Counted from the stretch's first letter, positions 48,139 to 57,518 are shown. The stretch is 64,000 nucleotides of DNA from an uncultured Alphaproteobacteria bacterium (GCA_964010795.1 CAXGMH010000001.1:8003-72002); one strand, 5' to 3'. Notes: generated by a model not told the origin, from the sequence alone. Made by a program: numbers and translations.

Positions 48139-48154
48139 ATGTATTATAATACAT
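48139..48154. promoter_or_regulatory. Perfect 16-bp palindrome, the probable operator in the divergent promoter region
   Basis: atgtattataatacat is centred in the 60-bp gap between 47716..48129 (-) and the XRE gene (+). It contains a TATAAT-like core. Confidence 0.6.
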
Positions 48155-48189
48155 GGCGCTAAAAGTCAAAAAATTGTCCATCTTTATAG

Positions 48190-48408
48190 ATGGATATAAA
48201 AAAAACCGTAGGTGCAAATATTCAAAAACATCGTAAAGCAGCCAAAATCTCGCAAGAGGAGTTGGCTGCTAGAATAGGCGCGTCCGTAGACCAAGCATAC
48301 GTTAGCAGGCTGGAAGCAGGAGAGTTAAACCCTACACTTGAGACATTGCACGCAGCCAGTAACGCGCTGGATATAGATATAAAAGACCTGTTTTCACAAG
48401 GCCAATAA
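48190..48408 (+). CDS. XRE-family HTH transcriptional regulator
   Basis: 72 aa: VGANIQKHRKAAKISQEELAARIGASVDQAYVSRLEAGELNPTLETL. Confidence 0.88.
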   Translation: MDIKKTVGANIQKHRKAAKISQEELAARIGASVDQAYVSRLEAGELNPTLETLHAASNALDIDIKDLFSQGQ

Positions 48409-48487
48409 GCAGAATTTTTAGCATATATTTTTGCTCTACTTATAAAAAAGAAAGCTTTTACAGGCACATAAGATGAAAAAAAAATTT

Positions 48488-48509
48488 ACCCCCTACCCCC
48501 TACCCCGCC
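48488..48509. repeat. C-rich heptamer repeat (G-quadruplex-capable on the minus strand)
   Basis: cccccta cccccta ccccgccc. The complement is GGGCGGGGTAGGGGGTAGGGGG, with four G-tracts of at least 3 and 1-2-nt loops. Confidence 0.7.
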
Positions 48510-48553
48510 CGAGGTAGCAATAAGACGGCTAAGTGAAACACCAACCCTATATA

Positions 48554-48582
48554 TTGTTAGAAATCATCTTGTAGAGTATGCT
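48554..48582 (+). promoter_or_regulatory. Putative sigma70-type promoter of the TIR-like gene
   Basis: TTGTTA, a 17-nt spacer, then TATGCT, lying 27 nt upstream of the ATG at 48609. Confidence 0.3.
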
Positions 48583-48608
48583 AAAACATCGAAGGAACAC
48601 AAAAGACA

Positions 48609-50048
48609 ATGAGCACACAAGATAATACAAGCCTTTTTATATCATATAGCTGGAAACCAGATGACCACGAAGAATGGGTTTTAGAGCTCGCAACAGCCTT
48701 ACGTCAAGACGGTGTTGACGTCATTTTAGACAAATGGGACTTGAAAGAAGGGCACGACGCTCATAAATTTATGGAACGCATGGTAGCCGATAAAAAGGTA
48801 CAGAAAGTTGCCATTATCAGTAATAGCACATATGTAGAAAAAGCTAATGGTAGAGAAGGCGGCGTGGGCACTGAAACTCAAATTATCACTCCCCAAATAT
48901 ATCAAAAGCAGGAACAATCAAAATTCGTAGCTATTGTTTCTGAGCACGACGAAAATGGTAATCCTTACCTTCCTGTATATTATCAATCTCGTATTTACAT
49001 AGATTTGAGCACTCCGGAGCTTTATGCTAAAAACTATGAGCAACTGTTAAGGTGGATATATGATAAGCCCGTATACATCAAACCTGATTTGGGGAAAAAG
49101 CCTTCTTTTATTGAGGATAATGATGCTCCAAAACTTGAAACCGCAGTACAATTTAAGAGAGCTCTTGATGCCATTAAATTTGATCGGCCTAATAAATGGA
49201 CAACTTTACAAACTTATCTAGAATTATTCTCAGAGAACTTAGAACGCTTTCGTATTAGCCTAAGCAGAGAAGAAACGCCCGAAAAAATAATAGAAAATAT
49301 TAAACAATTCCTTCCGTTTCGGAACGAAATATTAGAAACATTTTTTGTAATTGTTCAATACACGCCGGAACCAGAAGCATGGAAAACGATACATAGGTTT
49401 TTTGAGAAGCTGCTTACATATACGTTCCGTCCAGAGCACATAAATAGTTACTCGTCATGGGATTTCGAAAACTTTAAGTTTATCGTACACGAGCTATTTT
49501 TATACCTGCAAGCTATCTTACTTAAATATGAGCATTTTGATGCCGCCCGCTATTTTCTCGTAAATGAATATTACGTAGATAACTCAGGTGAAGAAAATGG
49601 AATGGTTTCTTATGATAAAATACGCCCTCATCTCGATTCTTTAGAGAGCCACGGAAGAAAGAATAGACGACTTTCTTTTCATGCCGATCTGCTTGAGCAA
49701 AGAGCGAAAACATCCGGCCTAAACTTTTCTTATATTATGCAAGCAGACTTTACCTTATTTTTAAGAGACATATTAGCAGCCGTAAATAATGAACGTTATC
49801 AAACTTGGTGGCCATACTCACTTCTATATATCAGAAACAAGCACAAACCCTTTGAAATTTTCGCTCGCTCGCAATCCAAAAAGTATTTTCAAAATATAAC
49901 TCCTTTATTAGGAATAAAATCAAAAACCGATCTGGACAGACTTTCAGAGGCCATTAAGGAAGGTAAAGTAAAAATACCTAGGTGGGAGTTTGCAAGTTTT
50001 GATTTATTTAGCTTAATTGGCTACAATAAACTTTCTACAAAGGAATAA
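48609..50048 (+). CDS. TIR/SEFIR-fold (STIR superfamily) N-terminal domain protein with a ~330-aa uncharacterised helical C-terminal domain
   Basis: The N-terminus reads SLFISYSWKPDDHEEWVLELATALRQDGVDVILDKWDLKEGHDAHKFMERMV..KVQKVAIISNSTYVEKANGREGGVGTETQII. This fits the FISYS...H..WV..LA..L...G..V.LD.W pattern of bacterial TIR/SEFIR domains. The remainder carries no motif I recognise. Confidence 0.7.
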   Translation: MSTQDNTSLFISYSWKPDDHEEWVLELATALRQDGVDVILDKWDLKEGHDAHKFMERMVADKKVQKVAIISNSTYVEKANGREGGVGTETQIITPQIYQKQEQSKFVAIVSEHDENGNPYLPVYYQSRIYIDLSTPELYAKNYEQLLRWIYDKPVYIKPDLGKKPSFIEDNDAPKLETAVQFKRALDAIKFDRPNKWTTLQTYLELFSENLERFRISLSREETPEKIIENIKQFLPFRNEILETFFVIVQYTPEPEAWKTIHRFFEKLLTYTFRPEHINSYSSWDFENFKFIVHELFLYLQAILLKYEHFDAARYFLVNEYYVDNSGEENGMVSYDKIRPHLDSLESHGRKNRRLSFHADLLEQRAKTSGLNFSYIMQADFTLFLRDILAAVNNERYQTWWPYSLLYIRNKHKPFEIFARSQSKKYFQNITPLLGIKSKTDLDRLSEAIKEGKVKIPRWEFASFDLFSLIGYNKLSTKE

Positions 50049-50136
50049 GTTTTAAATCTTGGGGGCATAAATGGGGGACTTTGTATAGTTCTAATTTAAA
50101 CTTTATGAACTATATCAATCTATTAAAATTCATTTA

Positions 50137-50155
50137 CGAATCCCTTCACCCTCCA
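50137..50155 (+). repeat. attR core
   Basis: cgaatcccttcaccc tcca gives a 15/15 match to the tRNA 3' end, plus tcca after a 2-nt gap. Confidence 0.8.
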
Positions 50156-50190
50156 GTTTTTTATCATATATAAAGAAATCTCAGTGACAC

Positions 50191-50691
50191 TTATTTTTGC
50201 TCTGTGTCACTTTTATCTCCATTACCGAATAAATCTTCGCGGAAATAGCCAAAGACAACCAGAATAACAAGCAAACTGGTGAAGCCGAGAATAGCCAGAC
50301 TATACAGCCCAAAGCCGATCATAAGCCCCATAGCACCGGCCGCCCAAATGCTGGCGCCTGTTGCCGTGCCGATAATCTCATTGTCATTTTCTGACTTCAT
50401 AATAGCGCCCGCACCAAGAAACCCGATTCCCGTCAGCACACCCTGCACCATCTTCATCACATCAAGGCTCATATCATCATGGCGTGCCTCATATATATGC
50501 AAAAGCTCCAGCGACATGATTGCGAGAAGGGTCGTCGCAGCAGCCACAATCATATAAACACGGAAATCGATCGGCTTATGCTTTTTATTGCGGTCATAAC
50601 CAATGAAATAGCCAAATGCCAGTGCCAATACGAGCCTGAGAAACGCCTCGGCAAGCGAAAGAGAATCCAAATAAATAGGAAGATCGTCCAT
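50191..50691 (-). CDS. MgtC/SapB family membrane protein
   Basis: 166 aa with 4-5 TM helices and a GIGFLGAGAI motif. Confidence 0.8.
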   Translation of the reverse strand: MDDLPIYLDSLSLAEAFLRLVLALAFGYFIGYDRNKKHKPIDFRVYMIVAAATTLLAIMSLELLHIYEARHDDMSLDVMKMVQGVLTGIGFLGAGAIMKSENDNEIIGTATGASIWAAGAMGLMIGFGLYSLAILGFTSLLVILVVFGYFREDLFGNGDKSDTEQK

Positions 50692-50777
50692 AAGTCCTGT
50701 TCCACTTTAATGTTATCTTCATCCAAGCAAACGAGACAAAACCTCAAAAAGTTCCACAAGAACAACGGTAAAGCTGG

Positions 50778-52193
50778 CTATCGACGCGGTTTAAAATGCA
50801 GCCTGATTGCCTTTTTCGGGCGAGTGGTCAGGCGGTTAATCGGCTCAGGAGCTTTCTCTCCTTCAGGCATTGATATCTCAAACCGTCTCAAAATATGGGC
50901 GAGGACAATCATTGCCTCTTGCTGGGCAAAGCCCTTACCAAGACATATACGCGGACCTTTCCCGAATGGCATATAAGCGCATTTTTGCGCCTCTTTTTGC
51001 TCTGGGTCATCAAAACGGTCAGGGTCAAAACTATGCGGACATGGCCAATATTTCTCATTGCGCTGTATCAACCATGGCGAGACTGTGATGATGTCGCCCG
51101 GATGCATCTCTTTGTTACGGATCTGCATAGAGCGGGCAATCTCCCTCATAAAAAAACTGATCGGCGGATACAGGCGCAAGCTCTCTGCAAAGGTGTTCCT
51201 TAAGTGATGCATATCCTTAAGACTTGCCAGACCCATCAAGTCAGAGTCACCGAACACCGCGTCAATTTCACTATGAAGACGCGTTTGCAGATGCGGGCAA
51301 CTCGCGATTAAGTACAAAGTCCAGCTTAAGGCACTGGCCGATGTTTCATGACCGGCAAGGAAAATGAGCGCAATTTGATCCAAAAGATCTTGCACCTCAA
51401 ACGGCTCACCCGTATCGGGGTGTCGCGCATTTAAAAGACTATCCAGAATGTCCTTTGGATCATCTATCAACCTAAAGCCGTTTTTTTTCAATTCATTATA
51501 GCGTTTTTCTACATCCGGCTTGAAGATCGTATGAATGCGTTTTGCCGTTTTTTTGGCTCGATTATACCAAAACCCTGCACCGGGAACGGAATGAAAGCGC
51601 AAGATCAAATAGCATTGTGACTGGCTCTGATATTTTGCCGCTGCTTCAAACAAATCCAAAGACTGCTCGAGCGTCATTGGCTTAGAAAGCATAGTACGAC
51701 AAATGATATCAGCCGTGATATGAGTCATAAACGGGTCAATTGACACCCGTTCCTGACCCGTTTTTGCCCGCCCCCCGATTGCTTCGCAAAGCTCCAAAGT
51801 CGCGTCCTGCATCATACCAAAGCTTCGTGATGACTGCGTATGCGCATAAGAGGGTGCGACCATTTTACGTTGCGCCTCCCATACAGCGCCATTTGTAGCA
51901 AACATACTTTGCCCGATCAGCGGTCTGAGCATATCCTCAAGAAAACGGTGCTTGGGAAAATCCTCTGGTGCCTTCCTTAAAATCCGGTCGATAAGATCAG
52001 GGTCATTAGCGATGAAATAGCCGATCCCGGGTAGCTTTATCTCACCCAGCATCATTGTATAGCTCTTCTCGTACAAAGTATGAATCCAGCTTCCTGCTCC
52101 AACCATCAAACGCGCAATCGCGCCGAGCTTAAACTTATACGGCTTGGGAAAGGGCGGCGTAAACAATACCTTTTTCTTGCCTTGATTGCTCAT
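50778..52193 (-). CDS. Cytochrome P450
   Basis: Heme-thiolate loop FGKGPRICLGKGFA, I-helix AGHETS, K-helix ESLR. 471 aa. Confidence 0.92.
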   Translation of the reverse strand: MSNQGKKKVLFTPPFPKPYKFKLGAIARLMVGAGSWIHTLYEKSYTMMLGEIKLPGIGYFIANDPDLIDRILRKAPEDFPKHRFLEDMLRPLIGQSMFATNGAVWEAQRKMVAPSYAHTQSSRSFGMMQDATLELCEAIGGRAKTGQERVSIDPFMTHITADIICRTMLSKPMTLEQSLDLFEAAAKYQSQSQCYLILRFHSVPGAGFWYNRAKKTAKRIHTIFKPDVEKRYNELKKNGFRLIDDPKDILDSLLNARHPDTGEPFEVQDLLDQIALIFLAGHETSASALSWTLYLIASCPHLQTRLHSEIDAVFGDSDLMGLASLKDMHHLRNTFAESLRLYPPISFFMREIARSMQIRNKEMHPGDIITVSPWLIQRNEKYWPCPHSFDPDRFDDPEQKEAQKCAYMPFGKGPRICLGKGFAQQEAMIVLAHILRRFEISMPEGEKAPEPINRLTTRPKKAIRLHFKPRR

Positions 52194-53323
52194 GAGACCA
52201 GCTCCTTTATAGATTGCGCCCGCAAGAGCAAAGATAAAAACTCGTATTCACTCGGCATATCCAGCGCTTTCAGGTAATAAAAATGAAGCTCGAATTTATT
52301 ATGTTTCAAGCCTTTATAGCGCTGTGCGTCAATGAATTTAAAGAAACGGGGGTTCACTGTCTTGTAGTGATAAACGAGCGCTTCGTCTTTGATAAACGGT
52401 GCAAGAGGCGATGTGCGACAACAAGATGCACCATCGGTCGGCGCTGTAACATCGAGCCAATAAAGCCCTTCATCATTAAGTGCAGATAAAGACTTCCTGA
52501 CTGCACTTGCCTTACGCATAAAACCGCAAAGGCCGATCGATTGCGCAAATGTCAGGAGCGCAAGCTTGCTCTTTTGCGCTTCATCAAGACTATCCCATAA
52601 ACGCTGCATCAAAAGACTCGCGAGCATACAGCCATTGCTGTGTCCGGCCACAAGAACCTCTTGCCATGCATCACGATGCTCAATTTCAGTACGGGCAAAA
52701 ACCGCAAAGCGCACGAGCTTTTCCTCGACATCGCCGCGAAGCTCGGCATTGCTCAAGGCCTGCATATTAAAGATAAAGAACTGAAGCAACCACACGCCTT
52801 TGAAACGGCGCATCGCCATAGGCAAAATAACGGCAATAGCGACAACCCCTGCAATTGCACCCATCAGGGCATTGCCGCTCAACCCGCCAACGATCAGGCT
52901 GCCCAACGCAAAGCCAAGCAACGTGAAGGCCAGCATAATAATCAGCGGAAAGAAAAGCGTTGCAATTGACCAGCTGCGCACCAGTTTGAAATAGCTTGTA
53001 TCCGCACCTGTAATAAATTTGAAATAGCCCTTAAACCCCTCCACAATCATCGGCGCAGTCTTGCGGAACCACTGTTTGCGGATCACATCATCCCATGCCA
53101 GAAAGTAAAAATCCGTACAGCACGCCTCATCCTCAACACTCCAGTGATGCGCGACGACTCCTTTTTCATCTTTGATAGCGCGCCTCTTACTGATCTTAAT
53201 CGATTTGCCGTCACGCTTATTTGTCGCGGATACGGCCTCGGCCATTGTCTGTCGGTACATACTGACCCCGCGCGGGTCAAAACCTGAAAAATGAAAGACA
53301 GCTCTGCGATACGGTTTATTCAT
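52190..53323 (-). CDS. Membrane-anchored protein with an alpha/beta-hydrolase-like G-H-S-N-G nucleophile elbow
   Basis: 377 aa with central TM helices (SIATLFFPLIIMLAFTLLGFALGSLIV, AIAGVVAIAVILPMAM) and the motif VAGHSNGC. The stop overlaps the P450 start (ATGA). Confidence 0.55.
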   Translation of the reverse strand: MNKPYRRAVFHFSGFDPRGVSMYRQTMAEAVSATNKRDGKSIKISKRRAIKDEKGVVAHHWSVEDEACCTDFYFLAWDDVIRKQWFRKTAPMIVEGFKGYFKFITGADTSYFKLVRSWSIATLFFPLIIMLAFTLLGFALGSLIVGGLSGNALMGAIAGVVAIAVILPMAMRRFKGVWLLQFFIFNMQALSNAELRGDVEEKLVRFAVFARTEIEHRDAWQEVLVAGHSNGCMLASLLMQRLWDSLDEAQKSKLALLTFAQSIGLCGFMRKASAVRKSLSALNDEGLYWLDVTAPTDGASCCRTSPLAPFIKDEALVYHYKTVNPRFFKFIDAQRYKGLKHNKFELHFYYLKALDMPSEYEFLSLLLRAQSIKELVS

Positions 53324-53361
53324 GTCTTTTTTTAACCAAAAGGGCGTGCTAGAACAAGAGC

Positions 53362-53685
53362 ATGATGACTAATCAGAGTGAAAAAGAGCGCAATTACTGT
53401 CTTTTCTTGGCAGGTGAGAAATATAATCGCAACAAAGCGTGCCGCCTACATGACAATTTATACGGCATTCGCGGCGGTGGCGGGCGCACGGACAGACTGG
53501 CCGCAGACCGCAAACTCTATAACCATATGCGCGAAAATAAAGACCCAATAGCCCTGCCTGCCTTTTTAGGCATCCGTTGTTTTGGTTGGTTCTTCTTTAA
53601 CTATCATGCAGGCAAAGCGCCCTGGACAGGCCAGCTTATCAAGAAAATCTGGCCGAACTATAACGCTCCAAAATCAAAGCAATAA
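53362..53685 (+). CDS. Small protein with a phospholipase A2-like C-x-x-H-D-x-x-Y motif
   Basis: 107 aa: ACRLHDNLYGIRGGGGRTDRLAADRKLY, which fits CxxHDxxY...R..AD..[LF], followed by a hydrophobic helix. The call rests on the motif only. Confidence 0.4.
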   Translation: MMTNQSEKERNYCLFLAGEKYNRNKACRLHDNLYGIRGGGGRTDRLAADRKLYNHMRENKDPIALPAFLGIRCFGWFFFNYHAGKAPWTGQLIKKIWPNYNAPKSKQ

Positions 53686-53692
53686 CAATCGA

Positions 53693-53959
53693 TCAGTAAT
53701 GCTCGATGCGATCAGATACGTTCTCTTCTTCCCAGCCGCGGGACAGGTAAGAATTGCTTATGATCTTCTTTGACAAACAAGCATAGACGATCCATGCAAT
53801 AAAGAAGGTCGGCCCTGAAAGCGCGACCAAGATCAGTGCATGGTTCCAGACATTGTGATAAAGGTAGTAAAACGGCCCAGCCAAGAGAGACCAGAGCCAG
53901 GCCTTGCCAACTATTTTACGGTAGCCGTTCTCAGGCCGCTTAAAGATACGTTTTGACAT
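53693..53959 (-). CDS. Small 2-TM membrane protein, hypothetical
   Basis: 88-aa ORF directly downstream of pheT with two hydrophobic helices. Confidence 0.5.
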   Translation of the reverse strand: MSKRIFKRPENGYRKIVGKAWLWSLLAGPFYYLYHNVWNHALILVALSGPTFFIAWIVYACLSKKIISNSYLSRGWEEENVSDRIEHY

Positions 53960-53961
53960 GA

Positions 53962-56409
53962 TTAGCCTCTCAGTTTTCCGCCTGTTTGCTTTTCAACATT
54001 GGCGATGATTTTGCCAGAGATCGCCTCAATCTCTTCCTCAGTCAATGTCTTATCCGAAGGTTGCAACGTCACAGAGATCGCCAAAGATTTATGTCCGTCT
54101 TCAACACCTTTACCTTGATAGACGTCGAATAGATCCACATTTGTAATCAGACCTTTATCGGCAGCAGCCGCAGCCGCCATAAGGCTTTGCGCTTCAACCG
54201 ACTGATCGACCACAAAGGCAAAATCACGGCTAAGCGGCATAAGCGAGTTTAGCGCCAAATTGCCTTTATGCGCCGATCCCTTGCGTGCCGCAGGAATAGC
54301 CTCAAGATATATTTCAAACCCGACAACAGGACCGTTTGCATCCAGTGCCTTAAGCGCAAGCGGGTGCAACTCTCCGAAATAGCCCAGAACCACCTTCCCC
54401 AAACGCAAAGCAGCGGAACGGCCGGGATGATAATAATTCGGTGCATCGCCTGCCACGACCTGCGCTGCACCTGCCTTAAAGCCGCAGGCTTCAAGCACGG
54501 CCAAAGCATCGGCCTTTGCGTCATACAGATCAACTTTGCGCGGATTTTGATCCGCCTGCCAAGCTTTCTCTTGGGCAAAGCCAGTGCGAATGCCGGATGC
54601 CGTCAATGGCTGTTTATCCTCCTCGAGGCCGAAAAACACAGGGCCGACCTCAAAAAACGATGCATTGGCAAGGCCACGATCGGCATTACGCTGCGCAGCC
54701 TGTGCCAGATTAGGCAAAATTGATGGGCGCATATGCGCCAAATCTTCGCTGATCGGATTCACGACCCTGAGTGGAGACGCCTGCCCATCACTGGTATTAT
54801 CATTTGCACCGAATATTCTCGCAAGGCTTTCATCCATAAACGCCCAGCTGACCGACTCAAGAAGACCGCGCGCTGCCAATGCATGACGGCTTTTACGTGA
54901 AAGCCATGTTTTGCGCGTCTCGGCAGAAACGCTTACAGCGCTTACAGCGCTTAGCTTTGGCAAGGTCACAGCCTCAACCTTGTTAAGACCTTCGATACGG
55001 ATTACTTCCTCGACCAGATCGGCAGCGCCTTCTATATCGGGGCGCCAGCTTGGGCTTTGAACCTCAAACACACCGTTTTGACCCATCTCAACCTCAAACC
55101 CGAGTGCCCCCAAAATCTCTTTCTGGCGCTCAGCGTCCACTTCCACGCCTGTCAGTTTGGCAACACGAGCAGGATCAAAAGAAATGCTCTTGCGCTGATC
55201 CGGCGCTTCACCCGCCTGAACCACCGTGCCGGCCTCGCCACCACATAGATCCATAACCATCTGAGAAGCAATATCTATCGCCGGAACAGTGAAGGCAGGG
55301 TCAATCCCGCGCTCAAAACGGTAACGCGCATCAGAAATCACCTGAAGCTTACGTCCAGTCATAGCCGTTCGGATCGGGTCAAAATAAGCACATTCAATTG
55401 TGACATTTGTGGTTTCTTCGGTACAGCCCGTCTCCGCGCCACCAAGAATGCCCCCAATCCCTATAACACCGCTATCATCAGATATAACAGTCATCCCATC
55501 TTCAAGGCTGTAGGATTTATCATTCAAACCATTCAAGGTTTCGCCGCCCTTTGAGAGATGCACGCGCAAATTACCCTGAAGCTTATCCGTATCAAAGACG
55601 TGCAGCGGACGGCACATCGCAAAGCTCATATAGTTAGTGATATCAACAAGGGCTGAGATCGGACGCAATCCAATTGCCTTGAGGCGTTGTTGCAGCCATT
55701 GCGGCGAAGGGCCGTTTTTCACACCGCGGATCGTACGCGACAGGAAAAGCGGACAAGGTTGATTATCTTCGACATCAGGAAAATCAAGCACAACACCGAC
55801 AGGGTTATCAAAGCTCTCTTTGATCTGCGGGATCTCTGGCTCTTTGAGCTTGCCCAAACCCGCTGCGGCCAGATCACGGGCGATACCGATAATACCTGCG
55901 CAATCAGGGCGGTTTGGCGTCAAACCAATTTCAATCACAGGATCGTCCATACCGAAAAGTTCGGCCAAAGGCACGCCGATAGGCGTATCTTCTGGAAGGT
56001 CGATAATGCCTTTATGTTCATCAGAAATCAGCATTTCTTTCTCAGAAACCAACATTCCGTTTGATTCAACACCGCGAATTTTGGCCTTTTTCAAAGTCAC
56101 ATCCAGACCGGGGATATAAGAGCCAGAAGGTGCGAAAACAGCTGTCATACCTGCCCTTGCGTTAGGCGCGCCACAAACGATCTGCATGATGCCGTGATCG
56201 GCCGTCTCGACCTTGCAGAGCTTGAGTTTATCCGCATCGGGATGTTTTTCAGCCGAGACGACTTTTGCCGTTTTAAAATTCGCAAATTGCTCAGCCTTGT
56301 CCTCAACCCCCTCGACCTCAAGGCCAATTGCCGTCAAGCCGATACAAATCTCGTCAAGCGTAGCATTTGTTTCTAAATAGTCTTTGAGCCAGCTCAATGT
56401 GAATTTCAT
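53962..56409 (-). CDS. pheT: Phenylalanine--tRNA ligase beta subunit
   Basis: 815 aa. It starts [12 protein letters not shown], has a tRNA-binding OB domain ([13 protein letters not shown]) and B3/4, B5 and FDX-ACB regions. It overlaps the pheS stop. Confidence 0.96.
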   Translation of the reverse strand: MKFTLSWLKDYLETNATLDEICIGLTAIGLEVEGVEDKAEQFANFKTAKVVSAEKHPDADKLKLCKVETADHGIMQIVCGAPNARAGMTAVFAPSGSYIPGLDVTLKKAKIRGVESNGMLVSEKEMLISDEHKGIIDLPEDTPIGVPLAELFGMDDPVIEIGLTPNRPDCAGIIGIARDLAAAGLGKLKEPEIPQIKESFDNPVGVVLDFPDVEDNQPCPLFLSRTIRGVKNGPSPQWLQQRLKAIGLRPISALVDITNYMSFAMCRPLHVFDTDKLQGNLRVHLSKGGETLNGLNDKSYSLEDGMTVISDDSGVIGIGGILGGAETGCTEETTNVTIECAYFDPIRTAMTGRKLQVISDARYRFERGIDPAFTVPAIDIASQMVMDLCGGEAGTVVQAGEAPDQRKSISFDPARVAKLTGVEVDAERQKEILGALGFEVEMGQNGVFEVQSPSWRPDIEGAADLVEEVIRIEGLNKVEAVTLPKLSAVSAVSVSAETRKTWLSRKSRHALAARGLLESVSWAFMDESLARIFGANDNTSDGQASPLRVVNPISEDLAHMRPSILPNLAQAAQRNADRGLANASFFEVGPVFFGLEEDKQPLTASGIRTGFAQEKAWQADQNPRKVDLYDAKADALAVLEACGFKAGAAQVVAGDAPNYYHPGRSAALRLGKVVLGYFGELHPLALKALDANGPVVGFEIYLEAIPAARKGSAHKGNLALNSLMPLSRDFAFVVDQSVEAQSLMAAAAAADKGLITNVDLFDVYQGKGVEDGHKSLAISVTLQPSDKTLTEEEIEAISGKIIANVEKQTGGKLRG

Positions 56410-57518
56410 GCTGCACCGCCTTTGTTCTTCTTGTTCTTGATCGCCGCTTTCGGCTCACCCGTGGCCACATTTGGCGGGTCGAGCGGATCAAATCCGTAAT
56501 AAGACAGCCAGCGCGTGTCATTATCAAAAAAGCTGCGCAGATCAGGAATACCGTATTTCAACATCGCAATACGCTCGATCCCCATACCAAAGGCAAATCC
56601 TTGATATTCTTCCGGATCAAGTCCGCAATTGCGCAAGACATTCGGATGCACCATACCGCAACCCAGGATTTCCAGCCAATCATCGCCAGCACCTATTTTA
56701 AGCTCTCCTCCACCACGGGAACAACCGATATCGACCTCTGCCGAAGGCTCTGTAAACGGGAAGTAAGACGGGCGGAATCGCATCGGCAAATCCTCAACCT
56801 CGAAGTAACGCTCGAGGAATGCTTTAAGTGTGCCTTTGAGATGCCCCATATGCGTTGCCTTATCAATGACCAGCCCCTCGACCTGATGAAACATCGGCGT
56901 ATGTGTCATGTCGTAATCCGAGCGATAGGTGCGACCCGGGATAATCAAGCGTAAAGGCGGTTTTCGCTCACGCATGGCGCGTATCTGCACAGGCGATGTA
57001 TGCGTGCGCAGTACATATTTCTCACCATTTTCATCCATAGGCATGAAGAACGTATCCTGCATTTCACGTGCAGGGTGGTGCTCGGGGAAATTCAACGCTG
57101 TAAAGTTATGTTCATCCGTCTCGATATCCGGCCCCTCAGCCATTTCAAAGCCCATATCGGCAAAGATCGAAATGATCTCTTCAATTGTCTGGCTGATCGG
57201 GTGGATCGTGCCCTTGCGCTCGGCGCGCACAGGCAAAGTCACATCCATCGTCTCGGCAGCCAAACGCTCAGCCATCGCCTGCTCGGCAAGCTGGCTTTCC
57301 TGACGTGCAATCAATGCCGCGATTTCGTCTTTCAAGACATTTAGCGCCTGCCCTTTTTCCTTACGCTCTTCGGGGCTCATCTGTCCCAGCGTTTTCATCT
57401 GGGCGGTCAAGCGCCCCTTTTTTCCCAAAATAGAGACCCGGGCCGCCTCGAGGCTGTCCAGATCATTGGCGGCCTCAATATCGGCGCGCAACTCTTGTTT
57501 TAATTTTGCTATATCCAT
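56406..57518 (-). CDS. pheS: Phenylalanine--tRNA ligase alpha subunit
   Basis: It has class II motifs ([29 protein letters not shown]). The start is at [10 protein letters not shown] (57518). The ORF extends to 57554. Confidence 0.95.
   Translation of the reverse strand: MDIAKLKQELRADIEAANDLDSLEAARVSILGKKGRLTAQMKTLGQMSPEERKEKGQALNVLKDEIAALIARQESQLAEQAMAERLAAETMDVTLPVRAERKGTIHPISQTIEEIISIFADMGFEMAEGPDIETDEHNFTALNFPEHHPAREMQDTFFMPMDENGEKYVLRTHTSPVQIRAMRERKPPLRLIIPGRTYRSDYDMTHTPMFHQVEGLVIDKATHMGHLKGTLKAFLERYFEVEDLPMRFRPSYFPFTEPSAEVDIGCSRGGGELKIGAGDDWLEILGCGMVHPNVLRNCGLDPEEYQGFAFGMGIERIAMLKYGIPDLRSFFDNDTRWLSYYGFDPLDPPNVATGEPKAAIKNKKNKGGAA

Larger units (their letters stand above)
43926..50155. 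mobile_element. 6.2-kb integrative genomic island inserted in the 3' end of tRNA-Gly
   Basis: It is bounded by the direct repeat cgaatcccttcaccc(..)tcca (43926-43946 and 50137-50155). It carries an integrase, AlpA and a RepA-like ATPase. It is visibly more AT-rich than its flanks. Confidence 0.85.

Noticed and set aside
43926-50155. The island might be a prophage.
   Set aside because: It has no capsid, terminase, tail or lysis genes. At 6.2 kb with an int-alpA-rep backbone, it fits a small integrative element or satellite.
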